Both the position numbers and the translations under genes were made by a program. Below are positions 41,291 through 60,364 of a DNA stretch of 64,000 nucleotides, piece by piece (position 1 is the stretch's first letter; every line of letters starts with the position of its first letter). The stretch lies in the NCBI RefSeq assembly GCF_009914755.1, contig NC_060941.1. The stretch is one strand, 5' to 3'. A model generated the notes under the pieces. It worked only from the letters and a program-made list of their open reading frames with translations. It was not told where the DNA came from and ran no database searches. The stretch comes from the human T2T-CHM13v2.0 reference genome, Homo sapiens.

Positions 41291-42746
41291 AATAATAGCC
41301 ATAAAGAAGCAAAAAAGAAAAAGAATGTATACTAATAGGTAAAACACTCTAAATTTTACGCCTTGCCAATTCCTGATGCTTAGAAAATGCCAGACAAGAG
41401 TAAACTGATGAATATACTTTTCAAATCTAGCATAAAGGATTTTATTTATATTTTACTTGGCACTTCAAACTAGTTGCACTGTCTGCTGCAAATAAATTTC
41501 AGGATTTATTTTAAAGAGAAATTGCTGGAAAGAATTTTATTATTAAATATGTTACTTTGAGTAAATCTTTGTAACAGACATACCAAGAAACCTATTTCAA
41601 ATTCCATCACCGTAATTTTTCCAAATAAATTTTTATATTCATTTATCTTATACATCAATAGACTCTATTTCAATTGTACATGTTATATTGAAATTATATT
41701 ACTGACTCTCTAACATACTTATGATAGAGAACTATTATCTAAACAATTTAAACTAAAGTAAAACTCTAGTAAGAGCAAAAAAAATTTGCCTGTAATATCT
41801 GAATGGGGGAGAGGAAATTGGAAAAGGAGAGTTCAGTTTTTTTTTCTCTAATATCCAGTCAGTGGTTTCCTCCTTATTGCTTTAAAGGACAAGCCAAATA
41901 CGTATTTTACTAAATATTAATATATATATATTAAGCTTTTAAGAAAGCTTGGATACATAATCCTGATGCTGTAACTACTGCAACTACCTGCCTCTGTCTC
42001 TAGTACTCAGTTTTGGGAAGCAGAATCATAGGCTTAGTTTTGAAACATTAAATGCAAAGTTTCCATTTGGATCAACCTCCATGTATTTCAAAAAAACACA
42101 TACATACATTATTATCACTAAATGTTTTAATCATTACTAAAATATAGTAACAACCCAAATCCCATATAGGATAACCATAATTAACAATTTTTGCTGTGCC
42201 AGCTAAGAAAAAAAAATAAGTTTTATTTGAAAATACAGGCTGAAAGATTAGAAAGCATCAATCCCAATGAGCTACTTGAAAAACAAGCCTTTATTGTCAG
42301 TGCCAGCACTAAAATGCATACAAGTCCAAGAGCTCCTTTTTAAATTAAAAAAGAAATTTAATTACCAGAAAACCAAAAGAATATTAGAATAAAACAAATT
42401 CTAGTATTTACCATTGATGTCTTATTTCAACTTTCATGAAAGGTAATGACAGAATGCAGATAAAAGACTATAAGAAGGTCAGCCTAAATGCAATAGTTAA
42501 AGAAGGACTAAAAGGTAATGTAAATATAAGGTTTTAAATAAACACATATGTTTAGCTAATAAAGTTAAAAAATCAACTTTTGCTGGGATATTAGTTTAGC
42601 ATATTCCACTTATAACAGAATGTCATAAAGTACATAAATAAGTGGATGGATGGTTGGAAGAATGGATGGATAACTGGATGGATCATCATAAAACCTAGAA
42701 TATTTTTAGTGTTCAATATAATTAAAACACGAGATATATATCCTAC

Positions 42747-42833
42747 CTTCTGAACATCAGCATCATGTTTCTGTTGCAGTTTAAGCTTTTCTTCATGAAA
42801 TTTAGCTTCCATCATTTTTGTTTTCATGTCCAG
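42747..42833 (-). CDS. CEP112: CEP112 coding exon, 87 nt, LDMKTKMMEAKFHEEKLKLQQKHDADVQK, phase 0/0
   Basis: Acceptor tttttcttgaAG|CTG, donor AAG|GTAGGA; lies within ORF 42591..42839. Confidence 0.95.
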
Positions 42834-43609
42834 CTTCAAGAAAAATATTTCAAGGGTGTTATTAATTTACTTTCCCTTTGGCAAAAAATACACAATTAAA
42901 CTAAAATAATTCCCTATAAAAAAGACAGTTATCATTTTCCACCTTTACCTTGTAGTCACAGATTCTAGCAATCACATTACATATACCAATATGTTTATTT
43001 CAGTCCTCTAATTACTTTCAAACTAGTTAAAAGTCTTTAAAATAAATTTCACCTGGTAGGCAAAACTGACAATATGAAGTACAGATTCACTACTCTCCCC
43101 ATTCTCTCCCGCACAAAAGAGAAAGGCATTTTAAAGTGATATTTTGCTTTTACATTTAAATCCACACAGTATTTTACTCTTCATTATTTTTCATTTCAGT
43201 AAGTCTCTTCCAACCTTTTATTTTTTTTTCTTTGATCTACTTGCTCATTTTAAAATACTCTAATTAACCTACATATGTAAATATGACTTGAGAATGAATA
43301 TCCATAAAAATGGCAAATTACTGATTAGTGCATATCTTTCGACAGTTTTTCAGTTCTCTCTCCCGGAATCATAGACCCCCGCTCCCTCAAGGGAGTGACT
43401 TTATCTCCTTCCAAGCATTCCTTAACTTCTATCCTCTCCAAACCAACACCACATGCAACGGTGCTCTGAGCAAAGCCAAAAATGTAACCAATCTTCTTAA
43501 TATAAGAAGGGTATCCTAGAATTAAAAGAGCAATAGTGACAGGTTTCAAGAAGAGCAACATAAAATTGATTATCTCAAATGTGAAAGTATTTGGCCACAT
43601 GATTCCTCA

Positions 43610-43855
43610 CAATTTAAGAGAGTTAAGTGTTATACATTGGAGTCTGGCAGACCTCTTTTCCAACTCTAATTCCAATCCCACCATATATGCACTGTTGTGA
43701 CTTTGAGCAAGTGACCCTTTGACACTCTAGTTCCTCTTCTGCTAATTAAGGAAAAGTATCCTTACCTCAGTGGATTGTGAAAATCATATTCAATAAAATA
43801 ATTTAAATGACCATGCCCAGGACAATGTGTGGCACAAAGTAAGTATGCAAAAATA
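43610..43855 (+). mobile_element. MIR
   Basis: ttggagtctggcagacct...tgtgactttgagcaagtgac...tggcacaaagtaagt. Confidence 0.7.
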
Positions 43856-44819
43856 TCAGTCAACCACATTTAGGAAAAACATTTTAATATTATTAATGTA
43901 CCTTCAAAATATTTTCTTGAAAATTTTTGAAATACACTTTATATTTTCAATTACTTTTTCAAATACAAAATAAATTTAGCAAGATAAACATATATATCAT
44001 ATTAACATATCAAACTGAGATTTTATGTTTCACAAACAAAAGTTAACATAATACAAATTCATGACTTAAATGTTATGAATGGTGGAGAAAGAGACAGTTA
44101 ACCATTTGCTATGCAAAAAAAAAATTCAATTCCCTTGCCTCTAAATCACACAATATTTCTTCTTCGTTTTTGCAGAAAGGAGGCTAGACAATCTAATTCC
44201 ATGTAAAGATCCTTCACAGAAGCATTTTTGGGGTCTATTAAAAGGGAACTAAAGCCAAAAAACAGTATGACAAAGCTGGCCAGGTCTAAGAGACATGATT
44301 CATTGCCAGATCTTCCCATAACACCTTCTAGAGAACTTGTCATACCCTCAGCTTTTGAGGGTAAGCCCTAAATACCATGTGAGTGTGCTACCATAACCCC
44401 AACCCAACACCTCTCACCGGCCCTACCTCATTATTTATTGACCAAGTTAGGAATAAATACCTGAGATATGCTTAAGCAATCCATTAGCTAGCAAAAAATC
44501 ATTCAGATTCTCTCTCAAGAATCTGAACTAACACACCAAGTTAGCTATTTTGGGGAGCAAACCCAAGTTCTAAAGTGCAGCAACCAAGAGAAAGCAGGCC
44601 AATCCAGTATATAGAAAAAAGTAGAGCAAATACACAAAGATTAGAAATCACATAGCATCTGAAATACGAGGGAAGCAAACTCAGGCTCCAACAATCTCAA
44701 TGACACTAGGGTTAGTTGAACTCAAAAGGATTTTTGTGTATCTTTTTATTTTATGTAGCTTGATGGATCTCTGTTCTTACAACCAAAGATATTTATCTAA
44801 ATTCTATTCTTCTGGTTAT

Positions 44820-45530
44820 AACTTTTTGCCTTGGCATAATATTAAACTTAAAGAAAAGTTGCAATAATAGCACAAGGAACTCCCACATGCCCTTTACCCA
44901 GATTTACCAATTTTTTATATTTTGCCCTATATGCTTTGTCATTTTATGTCTATATCTACCTCTCTATATATATAAATGCATACATATTACTTCCTCAATT
45001 ATTTGTAAATTAGAAGCATCCTGCCTCTTTATCCCTAAAAACTTCAATATATATTTCCTTAGAACAAGAACACTGTCTTTGATAACCAAAGCGTGGTTAT
45101 CAAATTGAGGAAATGTAATATTAACACAATGATATTATCTACTGCACAGTTTATACTCAAGTTTTACAAATTATCACAGTAATGTCATTTATAGCTATTA
45201 TTTTTCATAATCCAGGATCCAACCAAGAATCACGCATTGCTTTTAGTTGTCACATCAACTATTTATTTCTCCTTTAATCTGGAACAGCCTTTCTTCGTGT
45301 TTAGTGACCTTGACATTTTTTAAGAGTACAGACCGTTATTAAATGTCTCTCCATTAGGATTTGTCTGATGTTTCCTCATGACTAGGTTTATGAGATTTTG
45401 GCAAGAATGACACTAAAGTGATACTGTGTCCTTTTTCATTGCATCATATTAGAAGGAGGCTAGTTTGTCCCAATATCTCCAATGTACAGCTCAGTAACTT
45501 GGTTAAGACAGTGAGCACCAAGTTACTCTA
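44820..45530 (-). mobile_element. L1MC/ME 3'UTR
   Basis: aaacttaaagaaaagttgcaataatagcacaaggaactccc...cccagatttaccaa. Confidence 0.75.
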
Positions 45531-45964
45531 AGGGTAATATTACAAAGAAAGTCTCTCCACTGCCATCCTTTTAAAAAGTTAAGAGTATCTCATCTCTGGA
45601 AACTCTTACCTTGATGCTACAGAATACCTCTATATTTCCACCCTGTACTCTAAAGTAGAAATCCTGGATGTATTATGTACAACTAGGGCATGATGCCTGA
45701 TGAAACATCAGGATTAGAATATAGAAACAATCTTGCTACTATATTATATAAAGACAGTATAAGGATGCAGATTTAGATATAGATGTAGATATAAATATAG
45801 ATATGTACCTATGTGTTCATCTATATAGTCTGAAATTGAAAAACATTTCTAATTAGTTTGACCTCCAAGGAAGCCTGACTTCAAAAAACATTTAAGTTTT
45901 CTTTTTCTGACATCAGAATATACATTATCAATTTCAAATGTAAGATGTAAAAATTAGGCTTGCA

Positions 45965-48480
<2,516 letters not shown>

Positions 48481-48504
48481 AAAAAATTAGCAATGGGATC
48501 TTGA

Positions 48505-52109
<3,605 letters not shown>

Positions 52110-52324
52110 TCAGGATACACACACAAGGTTATTCATAGAATTATTATTTGTAAAGGCAAAAAATTAGAATAAAGTTTATCAAAAAAGGCAAGAAATATGA
52201 CATTCATTAAATAGAAAACAGTGCAAACAAACCTATTACAACTATATGGCACAACAATGCCTCTAACATACTATTGAGCAAAAGAAGCAAGACATAAAAG
52301 AATATGAAAAGTTTAGTTCTCTTT

Positions 52325-54020
52325 GAACACAAACAAATGAAAAAACATTCCATGCTCATGGATAGGAAGAATGAATATTGTGAAAATAGCCATACTGCCC
52401 AAAGTAATTTATAGATTCAATGCTATCCCCATCAAGCTACCATTGACTTTTTTTTCACAGAATTAGAAAAAACTACTTTAAATTTCATATGCAACCAAAG
52501 AAGAGCCCATACAGCCAAGACAATCCTAAGCAAAAAGAACAAGGCTGGAGGCATCATGGCTACCTGACTTCAAACTATGCTACAAGGCTACATAACCAGA
52601 ACGGCATGTTCCTGGTACCAAAACAGGTATATAGATCAACGGAACAGAACAGAGGCCTCAGAAATAACGCCACACATCTACAACCATCTGATCTTTGACA
52701 AACCCGAAAAAAACAAACAATGGGGAAAGGATTCCCTATTTAATAAATGGTGTTGGGAAAACTGGCTAGCCATAGGTAGAAAAATGACACTGGACTCCTT
52801 CCTAACACCTCATATAAAAATTAACTCAAGATGGATTAAAGACTTAAACATAAGATCTAAAACCATAAAAACCCTAGAAGAAAACCTAGGCAATACCATT
52901 CAGGATATAGACATGGGCAAAGACCTCATGACTAAAACACCAAAAACAATGGAAACAAAAGCCAAAATTGACAAATGGGATCTAATTAAACTAAAGAGCT
53001 TCTGCCCAGCAAAAGAAACTATCATCGGAGTGAACAGGCAACCTACAGAAGGGCAGAAAATTTTTGCAATCTATCCATCTGACAAAGGGCTAATATCCAG
53101 AATCTACAAGGAACAACTTTACAAATTTACAAGAAAAAAAACAAACAACCCCATCAAAAAGTGGGTGAAGGATAGAAACAGACACTTCTCAAAAGAAGAC
53201 GTTTATACGGCCAACAAACATACGAAGAAAAGCTCATCATCACTGGTCATTAGAGAAATGCAAATTAAAACTACAAGGAGATACCACCTCACACCAGTTA
53301 GAATGGCCATCATTAAAAAGTCAGGAAACAACAGATGCTGGGAGGATGTGGAGAAATAGGGACACTTTTACGCTGTTGGTGGGAGTGTAAATTAGTTCAA
53401 CCATTATGGAAGACAGTGTGGAGATTCCTCAAGGATCTAGAACCAGAAATACCATTTGACCCAGCATTCCCATTACTGGGTATATACCCAAAGGATTATA
53501 AATCATTCTACTATAAAGACACACGAACATGTATGTTTATTGCAGCACTGTTCACAATAGCAAAGACTTAGAACCAACCCAAATGCCCATCAATGATAGA
53601 CTGAATAAAGAAAATGTGGCACATATACACCATGGAATACTATGCAGCCATAAAAAAGGATAAGTTCGTGTCCTTTGCAGGGACATGGATGAAGCTAGAA
53701 ACCATCATTCTCAGCAAACTAACACAAGAACAGAAAACCAAATACTGCATGTTCTTACTCATAAGTGGGAGTTGAACAATGAGAACACATGGACACAGCG
53801 AGAGGAACATCACACACTGGGGACTGTCAGGGGGTAGGGGGCTAGGGGAGGGATAGCATTAGGAGAAATACCTCATGTAGATGACAGGTTGATGGGTGCA
53901 GCAAATCACCATGGCAAGTGTATACCTATGTAACAAACCTGTACGTTCTGCACATGTATCCCAGAACTTAAAGTATAATAAAAGAAAAAGTAAAATAAAA
54001 TAAAAAATAAAAATAAATAA
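52325..54020 (+). mobile_element. 5'-truncated L1PA7/8-like element, 260-aa open ORF2 C-terminal fragment
   Basis: ORF 52577..53359 ([27 protein letters not shown]); (TAAAA)n tail; 17-bp TSD aaaagtttagttctctt. Confidence 0.95.
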
Positions 54021-54454
54021 AAAGTTTAGTTCTCTTCATATAAAGTTCAAAATCTGGTAAAATAAAAATATTTCAATTTTCAAAGATGCAGGTATTAATG
54101 CTAAAATCAATATTAAAACAAATAGGTGAAAATTATCATCAGAAAAACCAGAATAGTGGTTACTTCTAGGAAAGATGGAAGAGAATATGATTACAAATGG
54201 TCAGACAGCAGGCTTCTTAGGATATTGGCAATTATCTAATTCTTGCCTGGGTGGCATTTACAATGGCATTTCTTTGTACAATTATTTATCAAATTATGTG
54301 ACATTATGCATATCTGAATGCTATGTTTCATATGAAATCTATAACAGTTCTGTCATTTATTATGTCAATAACTGCGGCTTTCTTTATCCTAGAGTTATTT
54401 AAATTATATATTTGACTAGCAGACTCACAGACAAAAAAAAAAAAAAGGCCTAAT

Positions 54455-54759
<305 letters not shown>

Positions 54760-55300
54760 TTACACATAATAAAGAAGCAACATCTCTTTTTAGGCAATAG
54801 ATGGAAACATTCAATATGGGTGAAAAGAAAGGTCAAAGGAAATTTTCTATTTTATTTCACAAAAAGAGTAATTTTTTACTCCGGTTTCTCTTCAGATTGT
54901 ATAAATCTTTCGCCTTTTACCAAAGGAGCAATTTCTACCATCTGTTCTCTGAAAAATTGACCTCTTCTTGTTGTGTTGTCTGTTCTTTCATTTTCAGTGA
55001 GAAAACTTTTCCAAATGTCATAATGTCAAAAAGCCTTTCTTCAGATTACTAAAAAAAGAAAGAAAGAAAGAAAGACCCGTTGCTTGATGATGCTCACTGT
55101 CACACAATTCTGTGATGTGGATATCAGAGAAAATGTGTTAGCAATTACAAAGGCAAGCAAGTCCAAGTATGTTTGTGAATGATAGGCTAAAGTTAAAATA
55201 AAGGATCACTGTCACTGAACATGTTTTCCCATAACATATGAGAAATATGCCCAAAATAAATTGAAAATTGTTAAGAACATCTTAAAATATTTAATATGTG

Positions 55301-55599
<299 letters not shown>

Positions 55600-55662
55600 T
55601 TATATGTGTATCTGTAGCCACCAAAACAAACCACTATAGTTCTTTAACTCCAATAAAACTAG

Positions 55663-55690
55663 ATATTAATATTAATATTAATATTAATTA
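55663..55690. repeat. (ATATTA)n self-complementary AT repeat
   Basis: atattaatattaatattaatattaatta. Confidence 0.8.
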
Positions 55691-55889
55691 GTAAATTAGG
55701 TTAAATAACCATTAATTCTATTAGTAATTTTACATATTTTACTCATGTTAACATCTAAGTATCTTCTGAACAATATGAATTTAAAATGGAAGTTGTATTT
55801 TATTAAATAGCTCCATTTCTAAAGGCTAAATATTTTAAGACTCACTAAAACTTCAACAAAATTAAATACTTTAATAAATCCTTCATGAC

Positions 55890-56253
55890 TGATATGGTTT
55901 GGCTGTGTCCTCACCCAAATATCATCTTGAACTGTAGCTACCATCATTCCAATGTGTTGTGAGAGGGACCCAGTGAGAGGTAATTGAATCATGGGGAAGG
56001 ATTTTCCTCGTGCTGTTCTCATGATAGTGAATAAGTCTCATGAGATCTGATGGTTTTATAAAGGGCAGTTTCCCTGCACATGCTCTCTTGCCTGCCACCA
56101 TGTAAGATGTGCTTTTGCTCCTCTTTTGCCTTCTGCCATGATTGTGAGGCCTCCCAGCCATACAGAACTGTGAGTCCATTAAACCTCTTTTTCGTTATAA
56201 ATTACCCAGTCTTGGGTATGTCTTTATTAGCAGCATGAGAACGGACTAATACA
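55890..56253 (+). mobile_element. THE1B-like MaLR solo LTR (364 bp)
   Basis: TG...CA ends, perfect 5-bp TSD atgac. Confidence 0.95.
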
Positions 56254-56384
56254 ATGACACAGATAAACTCTATAATCTGTAAAAAATTGGTATCAATTAA
56301 TTATCTCCAGACTTACTGGATCCTTTAATATAAGTATTTCAAACTCCTAAATTTTTATTTTATACCATTAAGAACTGACTAATG

Positions 56385-56701
<317 letters not shown>

Positions 56702-56904
56702 CTAACATAGATTACTATCAGTATTTACAGCAAAACCTCTGAAAGAGATCTAATATTTAAATAGAAAAATAAAATTTTTAAATAGACAAAAAAGAGGTAA
56801 TTTTTTGTTATGTTGGAAGGTGAAAGGCTTTTGTAAGCATAATACAAAAACCAGAAGCCTAGAGAAAAGGCTGACAGATGCAACTATTTAAAAGGAAACT
56901 TCTC

Positions 56905-57800
56905 ATGCATATCAAAACTACCAGGAGATATCATTTCAGTCCAGTTAAAATGCCTTTTATCCAAAAGATAGGTAATAACAAATGCTGGCAATGATGTGGA
57001 AAAAAGAGAACCCTTGTACACTGGGTTGGTGGGAATGTAAATTAATACAACCACAATGGAAAACAGTTTGGAGGTTCCTCAAAAGAAAATAAAAATAGAA
57101 CTACCAATCCACCAATCCCACTCCAAGGTATATACTCCAAAAAAAGAAAATCAGCATATTGAAGAGATATTTGCACTCCCATGTTTATTGCAGCACTAAT
57201 AACAATAGTGAAGATTTAGAAGCAAGCTAAGTATCCATCAGCGGATGAATGGATAAGGAAAATGTGGTACACATACACAATGGAGTACTACCCAGCTATT
57301 AAAAAGAATGAGATCCTGTCATTTCCAACAACATGGATGGAACTGGAGGTTACTATGTTCAGTGAAATAAGCCAAGCACAGAAAGACAAACTTCATATGT
57401 TCTCACTTATTTGTGGGAGCTAAAAATTAAAAACAATTGAACTCATGGAGATAGAGAGTAGAATGATGGTTATTAGGGGCTGGAAAGGGTAGTGGGAAGG
57501 CAGGGGGGGAGTTGGGATGGTTAATGGGTATAAAAAGTAGAAAGAACGAAGAAACCTATAATTTGCTGGAACAATAAGGTGACTACAGTCAAAAAAAAAA
57601 TTTAATTGTACATTTTAAAACAACTAAATGAGTATAGATTGTTTGTAACACAAAGGATAAATGCTTAAGATGATGGATACCCCATTTACCCTGATGTGAT
57701 TATTATGCATTGCAGGCCTGTATCAAACTATATCATGTAACCCACAAATATATACACCTACTATGTACGCACAAAAATTCAAAATTAATTTTAAAAAGTT
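56905..57800 (+). mobile_element. L1MA1/2-like 3' end
   Basis: ccagttaaaatgccttttatccaaaagataggtaataacaaatgctgg...ctactatgtacgcacaaaaatt. Confidence 0.9.
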
Positions 57801-58515
57801 AAAAATAGAAGAAACCTTCTCTACACTAAAAAGTAGCACAAATCAAAAGATATTCACAGAGAAAAATATTTGTAAGACATACAAAAAAGAAGTGATACTT
57901 TAACATGCAAATTGCTCGAGTGTTAATAACAAAATGGAAAAAGAGGCATTCTCTATACCATTAATGTTAACTTAAATAGACATAACCCTTCTTAAGTTTT
58001 ACTGAAATATAATTTATATATCATAAAATTCACACATTTAAACAATACAAATCAAAGGTTTTTAATATAACAGAGAGTTATACAACCGTTAGCACAATCT
58101 AATTTTAGAACATTTTAATCATCCTAAAAAGAAACTCTATATCCACTAGCCAATACTCCATACACTCCCATGCCTGCAGCCCTATGCAGACATAACCTTA
58201 TTTTAAGGACAACTTGTCAACGTCAATCTAAAATGCAAATGTGCCATCCTGTGACTGAGCCATTCCATTTCACATCATTTATTCTGCAAGAAAAGACACA
58301 TAATACACAAAGATATGCATAGGGGTATTCTTGAAATACCATTTGTTATAGAAAAATACTCTAAACAGCCTACATGCATCAATAGCAAATTATATTCATA
58401 AAACATGATGTATCAGTAAAGTAAAATTTATGTAATTATGAATAAGAATGGGGTGATATTTCTGATATGGAAAAAATCATCAGAATATATATGTCAGTCA
58501 AAAAGCAATGAAATG

Positions 58516-58858
<343 letters not shown>

Positions 58859-59189
58859 TTAAAAAGAAATAATCCTAGAGAATTTTAAAGAGAATACCCA
58901 TTAAATTTTCAGCAATAATTATCTCTGAAGAATGAGTTGAGAAAGGGATGATTAAATACTTGAGAGCTAATATTTAATTTTAAATAAAGTTGACTCACTT
59001 AAAAGAATGCTATTTATTGTTTTAAAAATATTACCCAGCAACAATAAAGGCATTTTTAGATGAGAACATGCACAAGAGTTGTTTTATAGGGACATGTAAG
59101 GCTCTAACAAACTTCGAAACAGAACAGCATTTATCCTCATGCCAACAATTAAATGTTGAATAAAAGGGATTTAAGCAAGTAGACATAAG

Positions 59190-59499
59190 ATTTTCTTTTC
59201 TTTTTTTTTTTTTTTTTTTTTTTTGAGAAGGAGTCTTGTGCTGTCACCCAGGCTGGAGTGCAGTGGCGTGATCTCGGCTCACTGCAAGGTCTGCCTCCCG
59301 GGGTCATGCCACTCTCCTGCCTCAGCCTCCTGAGTAGCTGGAACTACAGGCACCCGCCACCATGCCCGAGTAATTTTTTGTATTTTTTTTAGCAGAGACG
59401 GGGTTTCACCGTTTTAGCCAGGATGGTCTCAATTTCCTGACCTCGTGATCTGCCCACCTAAAGTGCTGGGATTACAGGCGTGAGCCACCGTGCCTGGCC
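59190..59499 (-). mobile_element. AluY-like
   Basis: ttagccaggatggtctc diagnostic; long T tail. Confidence 0.95.
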
Positions 59500-60364
59500 A
59501 TACCAATTTTCTTAAGGAAAACATATGTTTATAGAACACATAGAGAAAAGAAAAAAAAACGTAAATATATTACCAGTATTTTTTATTTCTAGGTGTTGAT
59601 TCTATAGGTGATTTTATTTCCCTCCTTACATATGTCTCTATTTCCCAAAATGTCTTTAATAAAAATCTACATAATTTATTTTATAATCAGACATGCTACT
59701 TTAAAAGATAGATGAAACTAAGATAGTTTTTACACAGGGGCAAATCAGCAGATACTTTTAAATATTGTGCAATGGAGAAAAATATGATAAAAAAACTTCA
59801 TCAAAATAAGTCAGAAATGACTGTAATTGCACAAAGGATTATTTTAGAAAAATGTACACTGAATATATTTTAATATATGGAATAAGTTTATGATTACATG
59901 CAAACTTCTCAATGATGCCTCAAATATTTTTATAGTATGCCCAAAAGAAAAACAGAAACATAAGGATTTAGGAAAAAATAAAGTCAAACACATTTAAAAA
60001 TGAATTTCTGATGCAATGCATGATAGCTTTAAATGTTTTTTCTTTGAAAACATATGTGGGTGGCATTGGTATGCTGACTCCTGCCCCAAGTTGTCATCAA
60101 CAAAATTTTTAAGTGATGATTTCCTTTCAATTCATTTAATTATTTATGGTAAGCAGTCTCAACAGTAAGAATTAATACAAAATAAAATTAAAAGAAAAAA
60201 TAGTTGGGAATGACTCAAAATGATTTTTATAATTCATGAATGACAATTTTTAGAAAAAGAAATTCAAAACAAGAGCTCAAAGGACAAATATGCTTTTTAA
60301 AATGTCATTTGTTTTTATTTCAACAGTTTTTGTAACACCAGGATTATACAAGAAAGAAAAGCCT

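Noticed and set aside
42591-42746. 52-codon read-through of the 87-nt exon into the intron (ORF 42591..42839)
   Set aside because: The donor AAG|GTAGGA is good; the extension is hydrophobic low-complexity sequence running through a (TGGA)n tract.
52577-53359. 260-aa ORF as a possible gene
   Set aside because: It is the C-terminal part of L1 ORF2 in a 5'-truncated, frameshifted L1PA element.
55084-55218. C-box-like TGATGA with downstream CTGA as a snoRNA
   Set aside because: It is on the strand opposite the host gene, with no terminal stem or guide sequence evident.
56108-56125. PRDM9 hotspot 13-mer in the THE1B LTR
   Set aside because: The sequence cctcccagccatac does not fit CCNCCNTNNCCNC.
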